From an uncultured Acidobacteriota bacterium (GTDB lineage: Bacteria > Acidobacteriota > Thermoanaerobaculia > Multivoradales > UBA5704), in assembly GCA_963770895.1 (NCBI GenBank), contig CAVYRF010000001.1:1056001-1120000 (forward strand): a DNA stretch of 64,000 nucleotides, written 5' to 3'. Below the pieces are notes generated by a model. That model had not been told where the DNA came from. It worked only from the letters and a program-made list of their open reading frames with translations, and ran no database searches. The translations under genes were made by a program, and so were the position numbers. Of the stretch, positions 37,124 through 47,035 are shown piece after piece (the first letter of the stretch is position 1; each line of letters opens with the position of its first letter).

Positions 37124-38214
37124 GCGGCGGCGAGGCGGTTGGGGGTGCGCCCCGCGCCGGCCTGGCCGAGGAAGTCCTGGTGACCGGCGCCTCCGGCTTT
37201 CTGGGCCGGCCGTTGGTTGGAGCGATCGCTGCCGCGGGACGCTCGGTGACCTGCCTTTCGCGCCGGCCGGTCCCGCCGCCAGCCGTGGAGCAGCGGGGCC
37301 GCGTGCGCTGGGTTCAGGCCGACGTGCGGCACCCGCAGAGCTACCAGCCGCACCTGCGGCCGGGGATGACGGTCTACCACCTGGCGGCACTGCGCAGCGG
37401 CGCCGGCCGGCACGCCGGCGACTTCGAAGCTGTCAACGTCGCGGCGTGCGGCGAGCTGGCGCGCCGCTGTCTCGATCGCGGCATCCGCCGCTTCGTCCTG
37501 GTGACCTCGGCCCATCTTTTCGGGCCTTCCCAGCATGGCGAAACGCGCCGCGAAGCCGGCGCCTGGTCCGACGCCGCCGGCAGTCTGGAGCCCATTCCGG
37601 GCGGCGGCAGAGAGCCGGCGCTCGGCTGCTACGAGCGCTCGCGGCAAGCGGGGCTGCTGGAGGTGCGCCGCCTGGCGGCGGCAGGACTGGACGCCGTGAT
37701 CGTGTGCCCGACGATCATCTTTGGCCCCGACCACCCCTCGCATCCCAACCGCGTCACCGGCGAGCTGCGGCGCATCGTCGCCGCCAGGCCCATCACCGTC
37801 CTGATCGCCGGCGGCACCGCGACACGCGACCTGGTGTACGTCGACGACGTGGTTGCAGCGGCGCTGGCCGCCGAGCGGCTGGCGCCGCCGGGAACCGAGC
37901 TGCTGCTGGGCGGCGAGCCCGCCTCGCATCGTGAGCTGCTTTTGCGAACGCTGGCGCTCCTCGGTCGCAGCGGTGCGCGCCTGCCGGCGATTTCGCTGCC
38001 GGCGGCGGCGGCCCTGGCCGCGGCGCGCGCGGCGGACCGCGTGCTGCGGTACGATGCCGGCTGCGGTTACGCCGCGGCGGTGATCCGGATGCTGCGGGAT
38101 TGGCGTTTCGATTCAGGGAGGGCGCAAAAACTGCTCGATTACCGGCCGCTGTCTCTCGATCAAGGCCTGGCCAAGACCCTGCGCTGGCTGCGCGGCAAGG
38201 ACGCGGCGCTTTGA
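37120..38214 (+). CDS. NAD-dependent epimerase/dehydratase (extended SDR)
   Basis: VLVTGASGFLG, YHLAA, YERSR, PTIIFGP, RDLVYVDDV; GTGA overlap. Confidence 0.85.
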   Translation: MSGGEAVGGAPRAGLAEEVLVTGASGFLGRPLVGAIAAAGRSVTCLSRRPVPPPAVEQRGRVRWVQADVRHPQSYQPHLRPGMTVYHLAALRSGAGRHAGDFEAVNVAACGELARRCLDRGIRRFVLVTSAHLFGPSQHGETRREAGAWSDAAGSLEPIPGGGREPALGCYERSRQAGLLEVRRLAAAGLDAVIVCPTIIFGPDHPSHPNRVTGELRRIVAARPITVLIAGGTATRDLVYVDDVVAAALAAERLAPPGTELLLGGEPASHRELLLRTLALLGRSGARLPAISLPAAAALAAARAADRVLRYDAGCGYAAAVIRMLRDWRFDSGRAQKLLDYRPLSLDQGLAKTLRWLRGKDAAL

Positions 38215-39098
38215 TCGATTCCAACCAGCCCGATCGATCGCAAACCGAGACGCCGCCAGGACTGTCGCTGCGCGAGCAGCAGCGCCAGGACTGGGAGCGC
38301 ATCGCGGGCTCCGTGTCCGATTTCTTCGGCGCCCCCAGCACGCAATATTACCGACGCTGCGAAATCGCACTTTTCGAACGCAGCTTTGGATCCTTGCGCA
38401 ATAAACGTCTGCTCAAGCTCGACCTGTGGAACGAAGCGTTTAACACCCGCATCCTGCATTGGGCGCGCGATCAGGGCGCCGAAGTGTACGGGCTCGACCT
38501 CTCACAGGTGGTCGCCGCCCGCGCCCAGCGCAACGACCGCGAAGCCGGCGCCGGCGGCGCGGCGCTCCGCCTGGTGCGCGCCGACATTCGCGAGATCCCG
38601 TTCGCCGACGCCTCCTTCGACCTGGTCTACACCATGGGGACCATCGAGCACATCGACGAATACGCGCAGGCGATCGCGGAAGTCGAGCGCGTGCTGCGGC
38701 CGGGCGGGCTCGCCGTCATCGGCGTACCGCACCGCTGGAATCTCTTCCTGCGGCCGCTGATGGTGGCGGTGCTCACCGCCTGCGGGCGCTACCTCTACGC
38801 CCCCGAAAAGTCGTTCGGCGGCGGCGAGTTTCGTCGCCTGATCGAAAGCAAGGGCCTGCGGCCCATCTGGCGCAGCGGCGTGCTGACCGCGCCGGGCATC
38901 CTGCGCATGGCCGACCTCTACTTCTACACCCGCAAAAACCCGCTCTGGCGCCTGTCCCGGCTGTGGGTCCCGTTTTTCGAGATGGCCGAAACCCGCTGGC
39001 GTTGGCCCGGCCGCTTCGGCTACCTGATGGCCGTGCTCGCTGAAAAACCGCTCGCCGGCCCGCCGGCGGCAGGATCGCCTTCCGGCATGACGACGTGA
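38211..39098 (+). CDS. Class I SAM-dependent methyltransferase-like protein
   Basis: YGLDLS, ADIREIPFADASFDLVY..GTIEH, RVLRPGG; TTG start overlapping the upstream stop (TTGA). Confidence 0.82.
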   Translation: MIDSNQPDRSQTETPPGLSLREQQRQDWERIAGSVSDFFGAPSTQYYRRCEIALFERSFGSLRNKRLLKLDLWNEAFNTRILHWARDQGAEVYGLDLSQVVAARAQRNDREAGAGGAALRLVRADIREIPFADASFDLVYTMGTIEHIDEYAQAIAEVERVLRPGGLAVIGVPHRWNLFLRPLMVAVLTACGRYLYAPEKSFGGGEFRRLIESKGLRPIWRSGVLTAPGILRMADLYFYTRKNPLWRLSRLWVPFFEMAETRWRWPGRFGYLMAVLAEKPLAGPPAAGSPSGMTT

Positions 39099-39154
39099 GC
39101 GCCGGATGGCGCGGCGATCGGCCGGGCATGCTGCGCAATTGATATATTTCAGCA

Positions 39155-41323
39155 ATGAATCTCTCATCCTTGCGCGCCATCTGGCGCCGGCTGCCGCTCG
39201 CCCCGTTGCTGTGCCTGCCGCTGCTGGGTGCCGCTCCCGTCGCGACCTCTCCGGCCCCCGCCGTACCGCCGTCTCCCGCCGCGTCGAGCCCTGCACCGGC
39301 CGGCGCGGACCTGATCAAGAAGTGGCCCGAGCTCACGGGCGTCGTCGAGGAGTACCGCGGCTTGCGTTTCAAGAGCTCGGTGCCATGGGAGCTCATGTCG
39401 CCGGCAGAGTTCGCCAAAGCGGTCGCGACCGGCCTCAACATCGGCGCCCCTCTGGAGGGTGGCACCACGGAGATGGAGCTGGGCCTCAAAGCCTTCGGGT
39501 TGCTGCCGCAGACGCTGACGCTGGAAGACTACCTGCCGAAGCTGACCCTGGCCCAGCTTGCCGGCTTCTACGATTCGCGGCGCAAGAGACTGGCCCTCAT
39601 CACCGGGCCGCAGTCCCTGTTCGGCGACGAAGCGCGCGCCGGCCTGGGCGCGCAGGCGTTCGTCAGCTCGCAAGAAGGGCTGGTGATCCACGAGCTGACC
39701 CACGCTTTGCAGGACCAGCATTTCGGTCTCGCCAATCTGGCCCCCACCGGCAACGGCCTGTCCGATGCCGACCGCGCGCGCGTCGCCCTGGTCGAAGGCG
39801 ACGCCACGCTGACCATGCTCGGCGACATCGCCGGCGTCTCGCCAGGCGACCTTCCCGTCATCGGGATCAAGCTGCAGAAGCTGCTCGGCGATCCGCAGCA
39901 GTTCATGGCGATGGCGTCGGGTGTCCCGGGCACGGCCGAGCTGGCATCCGCGCCGGCCTGGTTTCGCGACACCATGCTGTTTTCCTACCTGCAGGGTGCC
40001 GGCTTCTGTGCCAGCGTGCTGGAGCACGGCGGCCAGCGGCTCCTCGACTACGCGTTCAGCACCGACCCGCCGCGTTCCACCGAGCAGATCCTGCATCCGG
40101 AAAAGTGGTACGGCAAGCCTGACGAACCGGCCGCGATCGCCTGGCCCGACCTGACGGCGGAGCTGCCCGGGTACGCCAAGGCGGCCTCCGGGCAGCTGGG
40201 GGAGCTGGGCATCGGCATCCTCCTGCGACAGGGCCTGAAAGACACTCCACAGGGCGCCGCGGGCGCCGCCGCCGGTTGGGGAGGCGACCAGTTCGCCGTC
40301 TACCGGCTGCCGCCGGCCGGTGGATCAACTCCTGAAGGGAGCCGGGCCCAGCAGCCGACCCTCCTGGCCTGGATCACCCAATGGGACACCGATGAAGCGG
40401 CGGCCCGGTTCGCGGCGGCGGCAAAGGCCCTGGGACCCGATTGGGACGTCCAGCGCTCCGCCGCCCGCCGCGTGATCGTCCTGCGCGGCGCGCTCGCCGC
40501 CGGCACGCGGACCGCTCTGCTTGCCAAGCTGGCGGCGGCGCCGGCCACGTTCGCCCCTGCCCGTAGCATCGATCCCGCGGCGATCGATCCGCGGCGGCTG
40601 GTCGGCGCCGTCGGCCCCCTCGTCGCCGCCCGCGTTGCCGCAAAGCGCCTGGCGATGCTTCCCGCCCAGCCGCTCTCCACCATCGTGGTGAGCGAGGACG
40701 GCGGTACCTACACTTTTCCAGGCATCGGCCTCACGTTGCGCTTGCCCTATGCCGTCGTCGGCTGGAAATCCCAGCCGCCCGCCAATCCGACGATGCTGCT
40801 TGAGCTCACCGACCCGCGGCTGGGGGCCGGGCTGCTCGTCAGCGCATTCGACACGCTCCTCCCAAAGCCCTCCTTCGACGTGGTCGAGACGAACCTGGAG
40901 CAAGGCATGAAGGCGAACAATCCAACCTTCGCCAAGCTCAATGGGCGCATCGTTAAGGAGAACGGCCGGCGCGCCTACGAAACGCTGTTCAGCGAATCCG
41001 TGAAAGGCGTCGAAATTCTCGGCGTGCAACGCCTCTTCCTCGACGGTGGCCGGGGCGTGATCGTCTGGATAGGCGCCAGGAAGGACCACTGGGATGAGAC
41101 CCGGTTCATCGCGCGCAATGTGTTCGCGGCCCTTGCCTTTGGTCCCGCCGCGTCGGTCCCGCCGGTCGCGCCGCTGACCACTCAGCCGGCTCAACCGGCG
41201 GCGCCGGCACCGGCCGCTCTGCCAGCGCCGCCCGCGCCCGCCTCCTTGCCAGCACCGCCGCCGCCACCCGCCCGCCACAGGCTGCGCAAGCTGCGTCGCC
41301 TCGCGGAGGGTGATGCCTGCTGA
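39155..41323 (+). CDS. Secreted zincin-like metallopeptidase-domain protein
   Basis: Signal peptide, AGFYD, IHELTHALQDQHF, ALVEGDAT, PPRSTEQILHP, AAAGWGGD. Confidence 0.8.
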   Translation: MNLSSLRAIWRRLPLAPLLCLPLLGAAPVATSPAPAVPPSPAASSPAPAGADLIKKWPELTGVVEEYRGLRFKSSVPWELMSPAEFAKAVATGLNIGAPLEGGTTEMELGLKAFGLLPQTLTLEDYLPKLTLAQLAGFYDSRRKRLALITGPQSLFGDEARAGLGAQAFVSSQEGLVIHELTHALQDQHFGLANLAPTGNGLSDADRARVALVEGDATLTMLGDIAGVSPGDLPVIGIKLQKLLGDPQQFMAMASGVPGTAELASAPAWFRDTMLFSYLQGAGFCASVLEHGGQRLLDYAFSTDPPRSTEQILHPEKWYGKPDEPAAIAWPDLTAELPGYAKAASGQLGELGIGILLRQGLKDTPQGAAGAAAGWGGDQFAVYRLPPAGGSTPEGSRAQQPTLLAWITQWDTDEAAARFAAAAKALGPDWDVQRSAARRVIVLRGALAAGTRTALLAKLAAAPATFAPARSIDPAAIDPRRLVGAVGPLVAARVAAKRLAMLPAQPLSTIVVSEDGGTYTFPGIGLTLRLPYAVVGWKSQPPANPTMLLELTDPRLGAGLLVSAFDTLLPKPSFDVVETNLEQGMKANNPTFAKLNGRIVKENGRRAYETLFSESVKGVEILGVQRLFLDGGRGVIVWIGARKDHWDETRFIARNVFAALAFGPAASVPPVAPLTTQPAQPAAPAPAALPAPPAPASLPAPPPPPARHRLRKLRRLAEGDAC

Positions 41324-41380
41324 GCCTTGGCGCCACGCACGCCGCGCCACCTTGGCGGTGGCGCGGGCGATGAGCGCCTG

Positions 41381-43477
41381 GTGAGCGCGCCGTTTCCCGG
41401 CGCTCTCACGCTGCTCGCGCCGTGCGCCGTGGCGTTGCTGATCGCGGTCACCGCCTACGTCGCCGGCCGCACCCTGACCCGCGCCGTGCCCGCCGCAGGG
41501 GTTCTGGAGGTCGCCGTCCTGTCGCTCTGTGCCGGGTTGCTCCTGCTGGCCCAGCTGGGCCTGGCGCTCGGGCTGTGCGGCTGCCTGGCGCGCGGTCCCG
41601 TGCTGGCGGCGTTCGCCGCGCTGCACCTGCTCGGTCGCCGGGCCTGGCGCGAGCTGCGCTCCGCCTTCGACCATGCCCGCGAGGGGCGCGCCGCTCGCGC
41701 CGCAGCCCTTTCCGGCATGCCGCCTGTCCCCCGGCCCGGCCGGCGGATCCCGCCGCCGGCCGCGGCCGCGGCGGCGGCGCTCGGCGTGACTCTGGCTGCT
41801 GCGATGCTCCTGGCGCTCTACCCGCCGCTCGGCTTCGACGCGACCCTGTATCACCTGCCTTTTGCCAAGGCCTTCGCCGCGACGGGCCGCCTGCCGTTCC
41901 TGCCGGCGCTGCGCTTTCCGGTCTTCCCGCAGCTCGACGAGATGCTGCTGGCGCTCGCCCTGCTGTTGGGCGGCGAGCTCGCTGCGCAGCTGGTCATGAC
42001 GCTCGCGACTCTGCTCACCGTCGCGCTGCTGGTCGCCTGGGGCCGCAGCGCCTTCGGCGAGGCGAGCGGCGCGGGATGGCTTGCCGCCGCCGCCCTGGCC
42101 GGCAATCCGCTGGTCGTCTACCTGGCCGGCAGCGCCTATATCGATGCCGGCCTGGCGCTATGGGTCACCGCCGCCCTCTATTGCCTGCACCGTTTTCGCC
42201 TGGGCGAGCGCCGGCGCCGGTTGCAACCGGCCGCCGTCCATGCCGCCGCCACTGCGCCCGCGGGCGCCGCCGGCGCCGCGCTCGCCGCGGGTGGTCAGGG
42301 CAACGCCGCGGCCGCCGTGGCCGGACAGGAAAGCCCCGCGCCCACCGCGGCCGGGCGCGACCTCCCCGCCGCTTCGCCCCGTCTCACGGGGCGCCGCGAC
42401 GCCGTCGCCTGGGTGGTCCTCGCCGGCGCCTTCGCCGGCGGCGCCGCGGCCGGCAAGTACCTGGGACTCTTCTTTGTCGTCGCCATCGGCGCGATCGTGG
42501 CGTGGACCGACCGCCGCCGGGCGCTCTGGTTTGCCGCCGTCGCGGCCGCGGTCATGGCGCCCTGGTACGGCCGCATCGTCTACTACACCCACAACCCCGT
42601 TTTCCCGTACTTTCCGCAATGGTTCGGCCACTCCCCATGGGACCCGCTGCTCTTCCGTCCGGTCTTGTCGGCCGGCGCGTGGGCGTCCGCCCTGGGCCCC
42701 CACCTGCTGGCGCTCGTTCGCCTGCCCTGGGACCTGTCGTTCGGCTGGCGGTCTGCCGGCGCCGTGGCGCCGCTGTCGCCCGCGTACCTGGCGGCGCTGC
42801 CGCTCCTCGCCGCGGCTCTGGCGCGCGACGCCCGCATCCGCCGCCTGCTGCTGCTGGGCGTCGCCTTCGTCTTCGCCACCCTCTGGCTGCCCCGCGAGCC
42901 GCGCTACGTCGTCGCGGCCCTGCCGCTGCTCAGCATGGCCACCGGCGCCGCGCTCGCACCGGCGCTCGCCGCCGCCGCCGCGCGAGCCCGCCCGGCCGCC
43001 GGGCGGTGGTTCGGCATCGCGCTCTGCGTCGCCCTGCTGCTGCCCGGCTGGCTCTACGGGCTGGATCGCCTGCGCCGCCTGGGCCTGCCGCCGGTCAGCG
43101 CCGAGCAGCGCGACGCCTGGCTGGCCCGGCGTCTGCCGCTCTACCCGGCCCTGCGCTTTCTCAACCGGTCCCGCGGCGCCGCCTACACCGCCTATGGCCT
43201 GCAAGCAGAGAATCTGAAGTACTTCGCCGCCGGCACGCTGCTCGGCGACTGGACGGGTCCGGCCAGCTTCCTGCGCCTGCCCGCCCTGGACGGCGACCCC
43301 GACACCTTCGCCCGCGCCCTGCGCCGCCTGGGCGCCGGCTATCTCATCGTCCCCGCGCCACCCGGCCCGGCAGGCTGCGGCGCCGTCTTGCACCGCCGCT
43401 TCCAGCTCCTCTACGACGACGCGCGCGCCTGCGTCTTCGACCTTGCAGCCGCCGCGCCTCCCGGCGCAGGATCGTAG
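41381..43477 (+). CDS. Multi-TM GT39-like glycosyltransferase/membrane protein (start uncertain, 41327 or 41381)
   Basis: FDATLYHLP, YIDAGL, AAAGKYLG, PWY.R....HNPVFP, RYV. Confidence 0.72.
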   Translation: MSAPFPGALTLLAPCAVALLIAVTAYVAGRTLTRAVPAAGVLEVAVLSLCAGLLLLAQLGLALGLCGCLARGPVLAAFAALHLLGRRAWRELRSAFDHAREGRAARAAALSGMPPVPRPGRRIPPPAAAAAAALGVTLAAAMLLALYPPLGFDATLYHLPFAKAFAATGRLPFLPALRFPVFPQLDEMLLALALLLGGELAAQLVMTLATLLTVALLVAWGRSAFGEASGAGWLAAAALAGNPLVVYLAGSAYIDAGLALWVTAALYCLHRFRLGERRRRLQPAAVHAAATAPAGAAGAALAAGGQGNAAAAVAGQESPAPTAAGRDLPAASPRLTGRRDAVAWVVLAGAFAGGAAAGKYLGLFFVVAIGAIVAWTDRRRALWFAAVAAAVMAPWYGRIVYYTHNPVFPYFPQWFGHSPWDPLLFRPVLSAGAWASALGPHLLALVRLPWDLSFGWRSAGAVAPLSPAYLAALPLLAAALARDARIRRLLLLGVAFVFATLWLPREPRYVVAALPLLSMATGAALAPALAAAAARARPAAGRWFGIALCVALLLPGWLYGLDRLRRLGLPPVSAEQRDAWLARRLPLYPALRFLNRSRGAAYTAYGLQAENLKYFAAGTLLGDWTGPASFLRLPALDGDPDTFARALRRLGAGYLIVPAPPGPAGCGAVLHRRFQLLYDDARACVFDLAAAAPPGAGS

Positions 43478-43492
43478 TCACACGGAGACCCC

Positions 43493-44134
43493 ATGACCCC
43501 TGCCGCCTACCAGCACCTCCAGGCATTCCTGTCGCCCGCCGAAGTCGCGCACTTTCGCCAGCTGGTGGACGATCACGCCAGCCTGATGGCCGAGATCCAC
43601 GGCCGCGGCGGCCTCGGCCCCCGCTACAAGGTGATCGACGGCGACCAGATCCGCGACCGCCTGCCGGCCATCGAAGCCCTCGGTCAGCAGCGCGTCCGGC
43701 CGGCCGTCGAACGCTTCGCCGGCGAGCCCCTGGGCGCCTTCGCCAGTCCCCGCCGCGCCCAGCGCGTGCAGGTTTACTCCCGCCGCGACCAGGGCTTTCG
43801 CTGGCACCGTGACGGCCACCCCTACGTCGCCCTGGTCACCCTGGAAAACGGCAACGCCGGCCAAACCCAATTCATCTCCCCAGCCCTCTCCCGCATCCTC
43901 CGCTACCTGATCTATCCGCTCTATCCAGTGCCGCAGCTGTTTTCCCTCCTGCCCCGCAGCGCCGTCACCTGCGACGCCGGCGATCTCCTGATCATGCGCG
44001 GCCGCCTGACCATCCACCGCGGCGTCACCCTTGCCGAAAGCGGCCGCCGCAGCCTCTTCGTCTACGCCTTCGACCGCGCCGGCGAGCACCCCAGCCCCCT
44101 GCGCGACCTCATCGCCCGCAAGCTCAACTACTGA
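43493..44134 (+). CDS. 2OG-Fe(II) oxygenase-like protein
   Basis: FRWHRD (HxD), GDLLIMRG..TIHRG (distal His), RRSLFVY (Arg). Confidence 0.72.
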   Translation: MTPAAYQHLQAFLSPAEVAHFRQLVDDHASLMAEIHGRGGLGPRYKVIDGDQIRDRLPAIEALGQQRVRPAVERFAGEPLGAFASPRRAQRVQVYSRRDQGFRWHRDGHPYVALVTLENGNAGQTQFISPALSRILRYLIYPLYPVPQLFSLLPRSAVTCDAGDLLIMRGRLTIHRGVTLAESGRRSLFVYAFDRAGEHPSPLRDLIARKLNY

Positions 44135-44227
44135 CGCCGGCCGAGGGTCGGGGGCTTGTGCAAGCGCGATATGTTGACGTAGCATAGAGAGGTGGCCAGC
44201 CTTCGTGAAACCAATAAGGAAACCGAG

Positions 44228-45139
44228 ATGACCGTCCGCCGGTTGCTCATCGCTTCTCTCGCTCCGTTCCTGGCCCTCACCGGCGCCGCTGCGCCCGTAG
44301 CGGCCCAGAACGTGCTGGTCAATCCGACCTTCGACACCAACCTCTCCGGCTGGACGATCGGCACCGACTCCGTCACCGTCACCTGGGACGGCACCCGCGA
44401 CGCAGACAGTTCCACGACCTCCGGTTCGGCCAGGACGGTCTGGGCGGCATCCACCGTGACCGGCAACTACGAGGCGTTCACGCAGTGTGTCAACGTCGAC
44501 CAGAGCGTCAACTACCGCTTCGGCGGCAAGGCGTTCATCCCCAGCGGCCAGGCCCTCGCCGGCCAGGCATACTTCCTCGCCGTACCGTTCAACCAGAGCA
44601 ACTGCCAGGGCGCGCCGCCACCCTCCGCCGCCGTCAGCACGCCCGCCGTCACCGCGCTCGACCAATGGACCGAGACGCTCGGAACCATCACCCCGATCGG
44701 GAGCTCGATCCTCATCGGCGCCTACCTGTCGGTGCCCGCCGGCGGCACCTTCACCGCCAACTACGACGACCTCCTGCTCGAGCCGGTCACCACCGGCTGC
44801 ATCGCCGACGGCCAGACCCTCTGCCTCACCGGCGGCCGCTTCCAGGTCACCGCCACCTACAACGCCGGCGGCAGCCTGGCCGGCCAGGCGCAGGTCGTAC
44901 CCGCGGGCGACAGCGGCCTCCTATGGTTCTTCAGCTCGACCAACATCGAAGCCGTCGTCAAGGTGATCGACGGCTGTGCCGCGGGAGGCCATTTCTGGTT
45001 CTTTGCCGGCGGTCTCACCAACGTCCAAGTCGTCCTCTCCGTCGTCGACACCCGGACCGGCGCCGTCAGGACCTACACCAACCCTCAGGGCACCGCCTTC
45101 GCCCCGATCCAGGACACCGCCGCCTTTCCCTGTCCGTGA
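44228..45139 (+). CDS. Secreted protein with carbohydrate-binding-like N domain and Thermoanaerobaculia-type C-terminal domain
   Basis: Signal peptide AQNVLVNPTFD..GW; C-terminal TLCL.GGRFQV..WFFSSTNIEAVVKVIDGC..FWFFAGGLTNV..YTNP.G....IQDT.AF.CP. Confidence 0.8.
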   Translation: MTVRRLLIASLAPFLALTGAAAPVAAQNVLVNPTFDTNLSGWTIGTDSVTVTWDGTRDADSSTTSGSARTVWAASTVTGNYEAFTQCVNVDQSVNYRFGGKAFIPSGQALAGQAYFLAVPFNQSNCQGAPPPSAAVSTPAVTALDQWTETLGTITPIGSSILIGAYLSVPAGGTFTANYDDLLLEPVTTGCIADGQTLCLTGGRFQVTATYNAGGSLAGQAQVVPAGDSGLLWFFSSTNIEAVVKVIDGCAAGGHFWFFAGGLTNVQVVLSVVDTRTGAVRTYTNPQGTAFAPIQDTAAFPCP

Positions 45140-45297
45140 GGGTGCCCATGGGCGAAGCTCGCGGTGTCTGCCCCCGCGCCGCCTCCGCGGCAGGTCGAGA
45201 GGAAGACCAGCGGCAGCGGCTGGCCAGTCTCCCCGCAGGCGACCGCGCGCCAGGTCGCCGGCGACGTCCTGGCAGGGAGACCGGCGCCGAGGGAAGA

Positions 45298-45460
45298 GCT
45301 GGCTGCCGCCCGAGCGCGCACCGCGGGCTCAGGGTTTGGCGAGTGCGCGGTTGCGTGGGCAATGGTCCTGGTGGGGCAGGCGGATGGATCTGGCGCTATT
45401 GGCCGGAGTGAGAATCGCACGGGGGCCGTGGTGTGCGCGAGGCAAACGGATCGAAGGAAT
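45298..45460. repeat. Dispersed ~163-bp repeat, copy 1
   Basis: Aligns by eye (about 85% identity) with 52717-52880. Confidence 0.9.
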
Positions 45461-45474
45461 TTGGCTCAAGCGAG

Positions 45475-46818
45475 ATGCTGATGCTCGATTTTCATCGTGT
45501 CTTCTGCGTTGCAGTTGCTCTATTCGCCAGTGTGGCGGTGCCTGCGGACACGCAGTCCTCGCCCGGTGCATTCGTTCCGCTGTCGCAACATCTCGCGTCG
45601 GTGAGCAGCTCCCGCTATGCCGACCTGGTCAACTCTCCTCAGTTTGCCGTTGCAAGCGAAGCTGACTTTGAGGGCATGCGGGCGCATCTTCTGGCTCAAT
45701 ATCAAGGCGTGACGGCGGTCCATAGCTTCCTGCTCGGTGGCCGGTACGTCGATTGTATTCCCGTCATGCAGCAGCCCTCGGTTCGGCAGCTCGGCATCAC
45801 GACGCTCGCGCCGCCGCCGCTGTCGCCGGCTCAGAACGAGCTGCCCTCTGGTGAGAGCTTCGAGCCGCTGCTGACTCGCGGTCTCAGCGATTCGTTCGGC
45901 AATGCGATGCGTTGCGACGACGGGTCCATCCCGATGCCACGGGTGGGTCTTGAGGATCTGGTCCGGTTTCCCTCTCTCCACGCGTTCCTTGCGAAGAATC
46001 CTCCTCCCCCGACGACGCCGATCACCTGTCCAGCGGACTACCGCTATGCCGTGGGGCAGGTCGGTGCGCAGGTGCCGTTTTACGGAGCCTTGACGACGCT
46101 TTCGATCTGGTACCCGTCGATCGATCGGAGCTATGGGCCCCACCAGCATTCACTGTCTCAAATATGGGTGGAGGGGACGTCCTCGACCCAACCCTTGCAA
46201 ACCGTGGAGGTCGGGTGGACTGTCGATCCCAGCCGGACCGGCACGACCGCGGCAACACTTTTTGTGTACTGGACTTCGACCGATTACCAAAGCGACGGTT
46301 GCTATGACTTGAACTGTGCGGGCTTCGTGCAGACGAGCAGCCGTTGGGTGCTGGGCGCCCCCAACTGGCCAGGCCCCAGCGTCTCTGGCAAGCCGCGGGA
46401 GCAGGTATCCATCGGCCCGGTGCAATGGACATTGTCGGACGGCAATTGGTGGCTTTCCATCGGCTTCTGTTCGCCGTCGCAAAGCTCAAACTGTACGATT
46501 GGGTACTATCCGGGCAGCATTTACCGAGGCGGCCAGCTGGCTCACCATGCCACCGTCCTGCGGTTTGGCGGTGAGGTCTACTCTCCCACCCCGCCGGCAT
46601 TCTCCCAAATGGGGAGCGGCGCCTTGGCAAGCGCCGGCGGCGACTCCGCGGCATCTCAAAGCGGTGTTTGGTACATCGATGCTGCGGGCAGTCTTATGCC
46701 AGCAAACCTCAGCCTCGTAAAGTGCAACACCAGCTCCGCGTGCTTCACCTTTGCGTGCATCAACAGCGACTGCAGTTCCTTTTACTTCGGTGGCCCAGGT
46801 GGCGCCTCTTGTCCCTAG
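45475..46818 (+). CDS. Neprosin-family (glutamic, post-proline) endopeptidase with pro-domain
   Basis: Signal peptide; pro-domain VDCIPVMQQPS; HSLSQIWV, QTVEVGWTV, LFVYWT, GCYDLNCAGFVQ, GNWWL, IGYYP, FGGEV. Confidence 0.88.
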   Translation: MLMLDFHRVFCVAVALFASVAVPADTQSSPGAFVPLSQHLASVSSSRYADLVNSPQFAVASEADFEGMRAHLLAQYQGVTAVHSFLLGGRYVDCIPVMQQPSVRQLGITTLAPPPLSPAQNELPSGESFEPLLTRGLSDSFGNAMRCDDGSIPMPRVGLEDLVRFPSLHAFLAKNPPPPTTPITCPADYRYAVGQVGAQVPFYGALTTLSIWYPSIDRSYGPHQHSLSQIWVEGTSSTQPLQTVEVGWTVDPSRTGTTAATLFVYWTSTDYQSDGCYDLNCAGFVQTSSRWVLGAPNWPGPSVSGKPREQVSIGPVQWTLSDGNWWLSIGFCSPSQSSNCTIGYYPGSIYRGGQLAHHATVLRFGGEVYSPTPPAFSQMGSGALASAGGDSAASQSGVWYIDAAGSLMPANLSLVKCNTSSACFTFACINSDCSSFYFGGPGGASCP

Positions 46819-46960
46819 TATTACTCCGTTAAGTCGATGTTGCCAATGAGCCGATTCGAGCGTACGATGGCGGCATGGACTCGCGGGCGTTGGCCTCGGC
46901 AGAGAGCCGGTTGCAGGCGTTCCTCGCAGATAAAGTGGCGCTCCTTGGGCGCGCGGAGGA
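46815..46960 (+). mobile_element. IS701-like left end and truncated transposase N-terminus
   Basis: CTAG followed by TATTACTCCGTTAAGT, then MDSRALASAESRLQAFLADKVALLGRAE, after which resemblance is lost. Confidence 0.5.
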
Positions 46961-47035
46961 TGTAGCAGCTCGGCACTGTGCAAGCGTGAGTTCAGCGACA
47001 GAGGGGACCACCAGGCACGCCGCTCAGCGTGAAGA

